This document shows positions 25,480 through 37,729 of a stretch of 64,000 nt of DNA, one piece after another. The stretch lies in the NCBI GenBank assembly GCA_002633005.1, contig NMRA01000556.1, forward strand, positions 141,537 through 205,536, given 5' to 3'. The stretch's first letter is position 1. Each line of letters begins with the position of its first letter. The translations under genes and the position numbers were made by a program. Origin of the DNA: Phoronis australis. Its lineage: Eukaryota > Animalia > Phoronida. The notes below the pieces were generated by a model, which was not told the origin of the DNA, searched no databases, and worked only from the letters and a program-made list of their open reading frames with translations.

Positions 25480-28095
25480 TAAGTTTGTGTAAACGAAGGG
25501 CTGCTACCGAACTATACTGCTTTGATGAGGAGTAAATTTTGGGTTTGCAAACAATCAGAAGCCCTAAGACAAGGCTGGGCGCATAAAACGACACGCCGTG
25601 TCAAGTAAACTTGTACACGCTGATATCAAGCACTAAACAAGTATCAGTTCTGTCAAAGCCCTGATATCACGAACATTTGCATTCCAATTTCACCAATAAA
25701 CATTTTGAAACCAGTTTCAAGAGAGCAAGTGTCCTAAATTAACATTTGGTTCCTGTCATAAAAGGTGAGTTTACACCAGTAGGCGCCCCTGTACAAGACA
25801 TGAGCTGAATCACTCTCTTTAAAGAGTCGCCGATAATATTTTTCCCAATTTGACTTGATGAGAAATTCCTTGTGACTTGACAATTTGTGAAAGTATATCT
25901 GAAATGGGCCATTATTTGAATGAGAACAGATAGACGTCGTCCTTAAGAAGGGACGAATACCTCTGTTGTAAAATATTATACTTTGCCTCTAAAAATAGGA
26001 CCAATTTGTGTATTGCCGACTGGTGATCAATTGTTCCCCACACACTTTTATTTAACATACCTCTGCTGAAAAGTTAATGACGTGATTTGAAAATAGTCAA
26101 AGCTAAACTAACCCATTACACATATTGACCTAAGTTTCCCTTGGAAAAGATGGTAGTCTTCGAGAGTTTGTATTGGATTTTGAAACTTCTTTTTTTCTGA
26201 AGTACGATTTCTTTTATTTGAGAGGAAGAAATTTTGTGATGCTCGCTTAAACAGGGAAGAGGAGGGTTATTTTTTCATGAAGCAACTGTGAAAGTAGAGC
26301 ATTCTATTTTTTGAACTCTGTTGCTTGACATCTGTAGATAAATCCAGCATACCTGGGCAACTCCTGTTGCTGACAGGTGTCAATCAAACTTCACTCGAGA
26401 CTACACAGAGTAGGAAAGTGAGATTTGAAAGTCTCCTCAAGGCGTGACATACGATTGGTTAATTGTTGAGTCCCGTTTCGAGCAAAATATGGTGGCCGCT
26501 TGTCGTTATCTGCGTAATATAGTCGTCGTAATTGGCTACATCATAAAATGTTTTGCACAGATGTATTCTTTGCTCAAGAAATGGCGACACACAAGGCCTA
26601 CCCTCTGGGCATAACTTTTAACACATCCGGTTCATAGCTGTTCAAGTAAATCAAACTTTCATGAAATAAGTAACTTTTAATTCAGTTCATTTACAATCAT
26701 ATAGCGAGGAAGTACTAGCAATGTTAGGATTGTTTAAGACCTTGGTCACTAAGCAGACTTCTTACGGCGGGATATGGTCTCATGCACTTTCCAACGCGGC
26801 CCGTAGCCCTCTCTATAATACGCGTGAGAAACAAGTTGAGATCTGTTTTATAACGGTGACATGGTCTAAGTTCAAGCTTTTTTCTTTGACGGAAGGCATG
26901 GGTTCACAACATCTTATTATCTTGGTCTTTGTAATAAAATTATGAATAACAGTTTAGAAGACATTAATGAGTTCACAATGGAAAATTAATATTTCATCGT
27001 ACTTCTGTCAGACTCTACACTGATTTGCTCAGACGGACGCCTTCAACGCCTACTGTAGAATACGTCAGTGAGTGTTGTGATCTGACATAAGAGCTCATTG
27101 AACGAACAGTCCATGTAATCTCTTGACGCGCGTAATCGCCGAGAGGATTGTTTTAAATGCGCGCCACACGGGCGTAGTAATCTGCGGTCGTTATCGAATC
27201 ACGCGGAAGATAAATCGTTCGTAAATCTGCTCTCATCCGCGAAGATTAGCTAATTTTATCGCCCGTGATGGCGGATCAGAAAAAACAATTAGTTAATGGC
27301 TTTAACATCATACCTGTTACCTCACGTCACCATGGCAACGTGGAAAACTAATTAAATGTGCGTATTGCAGACACACGCCATGAAAGATGTGCTAGGACAA
27401 ATGTACCTATTTTACTCCAAAGAACAAACGTAGAAAAGTTGAACAAAGCGGACATTAAAATTGTACGCGTGTTTCATGTGGAATTGTCTTGGGGCCTCTC
27501 CGAAGAGGGAGGCGAGTTGTGGTTAGAGAAATAACATTGACAAAGCAACTTGTGCGTGCACAGACTAGGGATGACTTTAAAAGCAAGGGAAATTTTAGGA
27601 GACCTTTCGGACAAATCCAGGGGAGAATTCAGTAACGGCAGAGTCTCTCTAGAAAAGAAAGATTTCGCTAGATTACACGAGATGTCGCCATGAATTTTCA
27701 AAAAGAGCTCGTGACTTTGCCTAGATTTTCTCTTACATAAATAAATACCATTAGCTACAAAAAGTCTATCTACAAATCTTAATGTCTCATAGATCTCTGA
27801 TCAAGACGTCTAGGTGTAATGACACCTGCAATAACTGTTTATGTCAAAGCCTATGTTTAAAACGGACAATCTTAAAATCTTTATAAAGACAGTTTGATTT
27901 GATGCACAAAATTTTCATTCTGATACCACTAAAAACGGCATAGCCTAAACGTTCTTTGTTCAATTGTCTCCATTTCACTTATATTCGGCTGCATCGTAGC
28001 TCGGGGACCCAATTCCCCGTCAATGTCTTCTATGGGATGCAAACATTATGAAGATCGTAAAAACGTAAACGATCCGAAAACGATCCCGAATTTAA

Positions 28096-28185
28096 GTACT
28101 CGCGCGCAATAACGCGCTTAGCACGGTACTCGCGCTCAATAACGCGCTTAGCACGGTACTCGCGCGCAATAACACGCTTAGCACG
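28096..28185. repeat. CpG-rich minisatellite, 30-bp unit x3
   Basis: GTACTCGCGCGCAATAACGCGCTTAGCACG occurs three times in tandem. Confidence 0.95.
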
Positions 28186-28569
28186 GGTAGTCAAACTTGT
28201 GTTTGTAACTAATCTGGAACCACCAATAAATTATTTTAAATGACGGCGATTGGAAGCAGCTTGAATCAAGCCATGTTTACTGTTACCCAAAGCCAATGTT
28301 AACGGTCGCACGTCAAACGAAGACATTTATGCAAATGCAATTTGAAAAAGTACACCGTGGAGTCGGATCGATCGTCATAACTGAAGATGTAGTGTTGACC
28401 ATCATGTGCTAGTGGTGGTGATGACAGTCACCCGTCGGGCTTTAAAACAAGTTGAATTATTCATGTATTGTTTGTTAGTGATATTCACACTGACATATGG
28501 AGTGCGCAAGCATGTGATTGCTATTGGTCTATTTACTGCGAAATTTGTTCACGTTTAAAAAGTCTGGGA

Positions 28570-28890
28570 CGGGCCAAGGAGATGCCGCCTCACATATAAA
28601 ATCTAGACCAAGGCAATTCTTGAACATTGAAAGCGGATATCCGCAGCAACAACTACAGCAATTGATAACAATCCGGTAACCGGGGTTGTAACCTGCAAAA
28701 CCCTCACTGCAAAAACACATTACCCACATAGACTGGAATGAAAGTTCGGCCTTAGCAGCCGTACAAGATAGTGTTGAAGTCAAGTTACCGATCCAAGGCA
28801 ATGTTGCAAATTAAATTACCTACACCTAGACGATACTCGATGGGGAAAACACCACCCGACTGGGGGCACGTCCTTACAATCCCTATAGGC
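28570..28890 (+). mobile_element. Possible Penelope-like GIY-YIG C-terminal relic
   Basis: Fragments KADIRSNN and HITHIDWNESSAL loosely resemble the Penelope EH...IR and H..H.IDW....IL motifs. Heavily decayed. Confidence 0.3.
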
Positions 28891-29514
28891 ACGGGAGAAT
28901 CCCCCTGGGCTTTCTGGACCACGAGGCAATACCAGCATAGATAACGGAATCCAACATTAACATCATTATGCATATATGTGCATCTGTTCATCTGGAATAA
29001 ATTCAATCCTAATTTGGCCATATGGTACACTGAGTACTAGTGATTTGACCCGAAATGTAAAACAAAATTACTTGTACCCACAAAGACGTCTTTCCGTGGC
29101 TGTTTCCAATATTGATTGCTAATAAACATTTTCATTGTTGCTACTGGTGATATTATAGTTATACGTGTTTCTGTTATTGCTTATAGTACTGCCACCTGTT
29201 AATTGCACCCTTTGCAATGGAGAATATATTTCACAGAGAAGAGCGCTGAAGCATTGTGGGTTATTTACGAGGTTGACATTAAACGCAATCATGTGTTTCA
29301 TCGACTTCAAAAAGGTACTTCACAAGGTACTTCAACTAACCGAAATAAACAGGCACTAAGTCGGAGGTCGCCATGAATAAATAATGAGCCCAAAAATGGC
29401 ATGATAGTACACTTGTAAATATTTTACAACACAAGTCCACAGACTCAGCAACGCCCAACACAAAGGGATCAAGAGAAAATTGCATTAATTTCAACAGTTA
29501 AGCTCAGTAAGATG

Positions 29515-29560
<46 letters not shown>

Positions 29561-29585
29561 CGACGACGACGACTGCAACAACAAA
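29515..29585. repeat. (CAA)n/(CGA)n microsatellite
   Basis: Read directly from the sequence. Confidence 0.95.
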
Positions 29586-31097
29586 AATAACGCAATGAAA
29601 ATAACAAAAATGACACCGCGAACGACTACAGCGCCAACTATAATAACAAAAATAGTGTCAATGACCGATGGCGTTCAGAATGACTACAACAGAAATGATG
29701 ATCGCGATATCATTAACGATAGAAATAAAGAATTTTGTGCTGAAATACATTGCAGTTGTTATATGTGCAATTACTATAATGTTCTATTATTATAATGTTA
29801 GATTTTACTGGCAATATGCCACATGCAGGTCCAGTTTGACGAGGTGACCGAATTCTTCGCGACAGTATCACCTTAAATTAGGGGCGTTGCATATACATGT
29901 AAAGGCCCCTATTTCTTTTCAGCGATATTAAACATTCAGCGCAGAGTGAACCCTCGGCACATGTACATGTATGTATGACATCTCAAATGTTCTTAGTAGG
30001 GGAGATGAAACAACAGAAGACAGGCCACTCGATGTATGCAGATATCCTTCAGTGAGCTGAAAAGTGTTGTAACTATATTGTGACTTGATTATTTATTTCG
30101 AAAATTTTGAATTTTTATAGCTGGTGTACTTGTGACATTCCCGTTAATATTTTCAGAAGTCAACCAGAGAATTGTAAAACTTCAGCGGTAAATATCTACA
30201 CCAGTGCGTGGGTCTTGTGATCCACAAAAGCATGAACTTCGCTCTTTTGAATTCAAAAGTTCAACAAATTTGTCGAGTGACGTCAAACATGTCACTTTCG
30301 ATTCGTCTGAATAATGTATTGGATTACTGTCCACTAATGAAGTATATAAACAGTACCGTTATCAATATAGGATTCTGAAGTAGGTGATTAGTATGAATAA
30401 TACAATAACTTTTATTGTATTACAAATGGCCATAACAAACATTGCATTATACTTATATGTGCGCCATTACTGTCCGTACACAAGGATCCGTTCCCTGGGG
30501 GTGACCTAAAAACGAACAGCTAACAACAACTGTTGTCAGTTTGAGCGACCATATCAAAAGCCCTACAAATAATACGACAGATAGATTTTGAATCCAATGT
30601 ACAGTGTATTATTAAGTAAACGATTTTAAACAAAAGGTGCCTATATTTGAAAATTTAAAGTTAATTAAACAAAAACTCGTCATAACAGCAACAACACTAC
30701 ACCAGTATCATCAGTATTTTGTTATTTTTTCTTTTGATTATTTTTATTACGATATTAAAATGCGCTACTTCTGATATTATTACTTGATGTTTTCATTTTG
30801 TTTTACAAAATAGAAGTTCGAATGCAATTTAAGTTATTTCTTCAGAGTTTATTAACTATAAACGCTATTTCAAGCTTTCTCTATAAACTGATCTTAAAAT
30901 ATCAATTCCCCTAACCGTATGTGTCACGCAATGACCAAGTTCCAGCCACTTCTGTATGTCCGAGAAAAAAGTTGAGTTTTCTCGCTTTTGCGTTCTGGTA
31001 GCTGTGGTCAATGTCCGAGACCCCCGTTGAAATTCAGTGCCAGCCTCGATTCATAACAATGTGCCATTTGAGTTGAACAGTAACGTAATGTCAGCTA

Positions 31098-31253
31098 CTG
31101 GGCTGCAGTGTGGCGTAGGCGCACGTAGGCGCAGCCAACCAGCTTTTGACATTTGAGCGTAGCGCCTACGCCCCGTAAGTTACGTTCAGTGCTCAAGGTG
31201 ATACGGTGGGCTTTGGGCGCCTACTTACCTCTTCTTTTACCACTACAGCACTG
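31098..31253. mobile_element. hAT MITE with perfect 8-bp TSD
   Basis: GTCAGCTA flanks both sides (31090-31097 and 31254-31261). The ends are CTGGGCTGCAGTG and CACTACAGCACTG. Confidence 0.8.
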
Positions 31254-32049
31254 GTCAGCTAAGCAAACCAATGATCACTCAGTTAATCGCACTCTCCATG
31301 TTCGCAGTGTGTGACTTGCTCACAACGTCAGGACTTTAGTTTTGAACAATTGTTATTGTTATCAATTTCCTTTCTATAAAGATGAACTAAAAGGTTAAAA
31401 TGTCTTTTGTACACAGTAAAACATGCCAATTTGACCTCAGAAACCTCCAAAAAGGCAACATTATCCAGCACTGAAGCCTCAATCTAAGAAGAAAGGACGT
31501 AATTCTCGGTTTATATATGACTAGAGAGTACGCCAACAACTGCTGATGAAGGACAAAACACGCGAAGAGATTTTTTATTTTTTGCTTAAGCATTCAGGAG
31601 GATTCCCTCAAGAAAACTTGGTATCGCACATGTACATGTATAAATCTTGAACATTCATTCGTGAAGTCGCTGCTGGAAACCTCATCTAATCCTATAAGCA
31701 ACCCTGTTCGTAACGCATTCCGACAATAATAGTACAAGTACTATGTGCGACATGTTTCTTTATTCTGAACATACATTAGTCTTTATTTCTGAAATAACAG
31801 CTTATCCTCCACGAATGAAAGACTTTCGCCATAAACCCACTTTAAAGATCCGTCGATTAGATAAGAAATTAAAGTCTGCAGATAATCCGTTTATGAAGCA
31901 AATTAACAAGGCTTATAAAATTCATTAGACCAGATTATAACAAGTGTATTACATTGTGAATCGTATAGGGGAAATTGTAACATCCTTGATAGATTAATCC
32001 TATGATGGTGTAGCGCTTGGATTGATATTCATATGTCACGCTGACTGGT

Positions 32050-32330
32050 CTGATGAAATCTACGTCTTTTTATTAACCAAGCGCCTCATTTTCATCACAC
32101 TACCCTTGTGTATTTCTCAGAAAGACAATTGCTCAAATATGATCACTAATTCCCGCACATTGTTTCGGATTTTTGTTGACTTGAATTTTGATTCATTGTG
32201 ATCGTTATTTCATTGCTATACGAAGGCATAAACAGTCAAAAGCACCTTAAACGGCTTCTACCAGAATACTGTAGCTCTGTTTACGGACATAATAGTTTTC
32301 GTTATTTGTATCAAGGAGGGCGTTCTAAAA
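32050..32330 (+). mobile_element. Decayed CR1/L2-like LINE 3' fragment
   Basis: SFINQAPHFHHTTLVYF (cf. SFI.PHF.YC..VW.F) and LLPEYCSSVYGHNSFRY (cf. LP....YG..SF.Y). Confidence 0.4.
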
Positions 32331-34320
32331 GAAAGCGCTTTGAATTGGAGGAATGCACTTTCGGTGATATCGGATTAGTCACAAAAAGGTCCATTTTCTT
32401 CGATTTTGTGAAGAGATCGAGCGGAAGGGAACGCTTCTGACAAAAATGAAAACTGGTTCATTTTTGATGGTTTTTTACTTCTCTCTAAAACGTTTGAGTT
32501 TGAATTGGTTTCTTTCCCATATCTCGAAGCTTTCCTCGATTTAAATAATGTCTATTTCACTTATTTCAGAAGTTATTTTGCGCTCTGTTTGAGGATGGAG
32601 ATTTCGCATAATATTATCACTGCGCAACCAGTGTGTAGATATTTTTCGTGAAATTTTGTTTGGGCCTTTCCACATCAAGGAATAAAAGCTAAACAAATTT
32701 TGGGACGTTGCGATACGGAAGAGAATCATTTATCGACGTTCTGCAGCAACGGGTTTCATTTTAAAGACACACTGGGGTGGTCAAGTTAATACACAATGTG
32801 TTACTATTAAATATCTTTTGTATAATAATTCTATTTAAACGACTGCATACTCCACTTCAATTTTAATTGATTAAAATTTCATAACCTTTAAATTTGTGTG
32901 AGAAAGAATAGTTTAATTCATAAACACAGTTAGGTGCATGCGTTCAAACGCTGAGACGCCTCGGAAGTTTACGTTGAAAGCGCACTTCTATTGTCTGCAT
33001 GAAATTCATTAAATTCATATCTTCATACAGACGCTTCACGTTAGATCTTGTCGCGAGACCTGATTACAACTTCATTTTTATTAAAAAAACAAAACAACCG
33101 AAAAACAGACCAAAAATAAAAAATAAAAATACCTACCATCCCCGTCAATTATTGAACAAAATTATTGCTCATTATTATTGTAATTTTCTGATTAATGATA
33201 ATCATTAACTTACGTTTTTTGAATTTACTTATAACGTGGAAATTGGTTTTCAACAGATTTTAAACCAATTTCAAATGGTTAATACTGTCCGTGACGTAGG
33301 TATCATAATTTTATTATTATCATTACGTTACTCTTATTGCAGTAATTATATTTTCTTCCTCGTTGCCATATTGTTTGCTAGAACTTCAGTAATTGCTATA
33401 ACCCTTGTTATTGTTCAAGTCTAAGTTGATATTATTACATATCTACTAACATTGACATATTACTCATATCGTTATTACTATTACATCAATATTACTATTG
33501 ATGTTACTGGTATTATTTTAATGCTATAAAATTGTGACTCTTATTGTCGTTACTATTTGTTATCGTTAGAAGTACTCTCATTGCTACCGCTGGTGTTTTA
33601 GTCGTCATCAATGTGATTTATTTGTTATCTTAAAATTGAAAATTGTTATATTTATCATCTTTATTGACGTCATTACCATAATTCTGCAATCATTTTTGCA
33701 TGGTTAATTTTGTTGTTATTTAATCAATACAATTTACGGTACGATCGTATTACCAAAAAACTTTCGACGATTTTACGATAGTATCATTTGCCTCAAGCTG
33801 TTTACTGTAATATGAAGAAAACACCACCGCGCGCAATCAAAGATTACGGTTACCCAGAACAAATCCTGCGTGTGTTATAAGCTCGTTGTCCTGATCACTC
33901 GCCGGTTAATCTCAAATTTCGATCAAACATTTTTTCCATGAATATCTTATCTATGTTAATAGTTGGAGTATCTCGTAAATATCTACTCTCGCAGATGTGA
34001 AATCACGCAGAGATAACAGAGCATTTGATATTCATAATCTAGTCAGCCTCGGCGGGGAATATGATGGTATCTCGTACTGTAACTTCAATAATGGTTGCAT
34101 TTAATGGTTTCTCGACAGGAGAGAGTATGATAACACCTGATTAGTTTTACTGCCATGTTGCTAATCAGCCGTGTTGATGCCATTCTGTTGAAAGTTTTAC
34201 CCTATTTTCGTTATTTGTCTAAACGCAAAATGGCGACAATATGCAAAGCAGGACGCATAGACTTCCAAAAACTGAGCTGCTGAGTTAATCATTGTATGGG
34301 TGTTGGTGTTTTTCATATTA

Positions 34321-34334
34321 TCGTTGTTGTTTTT

Positions 34335-34366
<32 letters not shown>

Positions 34367-34368
34367 CA
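34321..34368. repeat. (GTT)n microsatellite
   Basis: Read directly from the sequence. Confidence 0.95.
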
Positions 34369-35819
34369 TAAATATTTCTGTCTTACCGTTGATATTTATG
34401 TTACTTAACGTTCGAAATAAAACAATTCATGTGAGATGCAGAAAGGCAGATCGGAGAACGACAAATATTTTCTTGAGGATTTTATTACGTTAACGTATTA
34501 CTCTTGATCCGTATGTTCTGTTAGGCCCCTTTGTAGTTCTTCGTTCTAAACAAAGACCTTCCTTTATCGTGAATGGTAAATGTATTTCACGTAAACAGGC
34601 CTTCGGCACACATTACAAAATATAATAAACAAAGAGTAATAAACACAGAGTACAGGATGCATGTATCTAAACCAGTATACTTGTTTACACCAAGAAAGTC
34701 ATGTAATTATTTATTATAGGAGCTCTTCAAGGGAGTACGAGATAAAGTACAATGAATAACAGATAATAGGCAAATTAAAATTAAAATTAAAATAAAAAAA
34801 TGCTCTGGTCAAGAGTCTCAGGAGACGAAACTCAGTCGACGCCGGATTACAGATATTATTCGAGCGCAGGAAGAGTCTGAAAGAGTTAATAGTTTTGTTA
34901 CTGCTAGTTGAATTCAAAACGAAACTGACGGTGAACTACATTTAGTGTTTAACCAGTCACCAGATGGCGATACCGTCTCGTCCACGAGTCGGTTCCTCTT
35001 GAACTGTCAAACGTTTCGTGGGTACGCTCAAAGACATAAAAGCAGTTCGGAAAAGATTACTTGCGTGAAAGGGAAGCCAAATAAACGAATCCCAGTTGTT
35101 AAAAGCAGAAAAGGACGCGTGATATTGATCTTTATGATAACCTCGTATTTTTTGTCTGAAAATACAGCATTCGGAGATAATCTGACCGCATTAATATTAG
35201 GTTATGTACGCTTGCGTTGGATTATGCAGAGAATGCGAAACTGACAGTAAAATAAGTGTTTAATCCTTCTGGTGGCGATTGCTGACTTTGGAAATTTTAC
35301 TGGCAACTTCACACTCAGAGTGGGCTAACAAAGAAATTAGACATGGACATAGCTTCAAAGCTGGGCGGCTACAAATGATAAATCTGCTCTCATATGCGTT
35401 ATAAAACAATATTTACGTCAGGAAACTATCGAACTATCGAAAAGTCTAGCCATTAAAAGTGTGCGGTGTTACATTTTAAGCACATTGGAAGCACAGCATT
35501 GGTTTAAGGGCAAAATAGCTTTCATAGTCTCGACACAGTCTCGGTGCAGGAACAACCATTGAAGTATCCTTGATTGCCAAAAAAGCTGTCTGAAATATTA
35601 ATTAAAGTTCTGCCGTGAAAATGACGTAATGGACAATGACAAACTGATGTCGCCCTGCTAAAAAAATTGCCGAAACATTGTTTTTCCTCATACTCAGGTG
35701 TAAACTTCTCACGTGCATAAATAACATACTGAATAAGCGATCAGGTTAACGAAAACGACAAGAACGGGCGTCACGTGGACGAAAACACGCGTTCTTTTCC
35801 AGAATGTTACGTGAGACGC

Positions 35820-35970
35820 ATATGACTAATAACAAAATGCTTTTGTATAATCCAATCAACGATGACGATACCGTTCGAAGACAGAAATGGATGGTCTATG
35901 CCAGACATTGTTGGCAAGCAGTGACAAACATGATGAATGGCGTGGTTTGGCGAAGAGAGACCACTGTCAA
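35820..35970 (+). mobile_element. Possible RTE LINE 3'-end relic
   Basis: VRRQKWM and LLASSDKHDEWRGL resemble RTE C-terminal GR.R..WMD...A.DR..WR motifs. Confidence 0.3.
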
Positions 35971-36547
35971 CGGCCACTTTGTTTTGATTGATAAATCGAC
36001 CAATTCATTATTAGTATTTGATTTAGGAATTTATTTTTCGTGCATTTCATTTCTGCGGTTTTCGTGACACCTGTGGACCTTGACATGGAGAAAGTTTTGT
36101 GGATGAACTTATATTTTCCAAAGATGAGTTTCTTTAAAAATGTATACGTGCACATCTGTTGTTCAGCGAGAGTGCCACGCGATTCTGTTCAATCATGCAA
36201 CATGAGGGCAAACCAGCGGGTGCGAAAACAACTCGGACGCACGGAGATGAATTTTGTTTACGTATACGTAATAATTACAAACGATAAAATAAATAAACAT
36301 TGTCATAATTTCTTCGTTGACTAAGGGATAAGCCTGACAATTTTTCAAATTGAGGGTACAGAGTACGCCTTGCGTTCGCCCGCATTCAATGTCTCAGCGC
36401 AAAACGGGGCCTCGTCAGTTACACGTACACCTGTCAGTAGGAATGACGAAAGATGAACAGGTTTTGCCGTGAAATTGGGGTTTCACTCACCGTAAATAAA
36501 ATCCAAGGATCCCAAGGACAGTTGTGTATATTAATGATAATTAATAC

Positions 36548-37729
36548 AATAGGCCTTTTGCGAGTTTATAACAATAACGTGAGATTATGTGAGACTTAAC
36601 TGTGACGTCACGGGAAGTGGGGCAAAAGCTTGTCGTTTGGTCATTTGCCCAATACGGTAGCAGAGTGTATTCTGTTAATGTCTTCGAGTTTTTAGCCGTT
36701 TAGTTCTAAAAATGTCCAAAAAGCATTGCTGTTATGGCAAATGAACTTCAGATTCGCACTACAATACGTTCTATCGCGTTCTGTACTAATTTCGTCCCGT
36801 GTATTTTAAACGGGCGGTAGGCGAAATCCGCTCACTGATAAAGTTTTCACCTCGTCAAAAATACATTCTGCACCTAAAATTACCACCTAAAAGGCTCTTA
36901 CTTTCTTCAGTGACTCTTTCTGCTTCTAAACATATCTTCGATGGAGCATATATACGGGAATTCAGGTGACTTTGGCGAAGAATTCCAACTCCACTTTGTG
37001 GTTACTGTTAACTTTGTCCGCGCGCGCGATAACCACAATCAAGTATTTCAACTGAGTCAGGTGAGTATGAGGCAAAGGCTAGCGCGAGACTGAGCGAAGC
37101 GCGAGATCTGGCGCGTGACCTGGCGCGTGACACTTGTAAAATAGCATGAGAAAATATCGAGTGAAATTTGTTAGATTTGTGTCCCTTGGACTTTTGTTCG
37201 TCAACAGGTGTGATTTCACGTACAGTGTAACTTACTCAAAATGGCGGCTAGTGAGAGAAACTCGAGAGAACCGCGAGGTTTTCAAGAATATGCTCAAGTT
37301 ATTTATAGACTAAATTGTGTCCAGAGTCAGGGTATGTGTTAATTATAACTTCATGTGCACATATGCATGTTTAATTTGATTTTATTTGCTGTATTTTGAA
37401 GTGAATATCTTTTTATGGGGATACACTATCGCCCCTGTATGCCTGCGCCATTCAGGCTTAGAGCGGGTTAAGTTCCAATTTCAGTCCGTTCACAGCTTCG
37501 CACAACATAACAAGTTCACATTTTCTTCGTCCATTCACAGTTATTCTACGACCCATCTGCCATATCTTAAGTTGTTTTAACGTTTTAAGTGTAAAAATCA
37601 CCATAAGAACTCCAGTAAGTTTTAGCGTGTGTAGCAAAGACTCGGGGCAAAACAAGAGCAATATGGCGGGTTTTGCCCCTTTTCCGGTGACGTCACAGTG
37701 ACTAACGAGAAACTCGCAAGTGAGCTATT
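36548..37729 (+). mobile_element. Non-autonomous TIR DNA transposon (~1.18 kb, PIF/Harbinger- or ISL2EU-like) with THAP-like remnant
   Basis: The left end AATAGGCCTTTTGCGAGTTT...ACTGTGACGTCACGGGAAGTGGGGCAAAA mirrors the right end TTTTGCCCCTTTCCGGTGACGTCACAGT...AAACTCGCAAGTGAGCTATT. An internal ATG at 36712 reads MSKKHCCYGK*TSDSHY. Confidence 0.65.
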
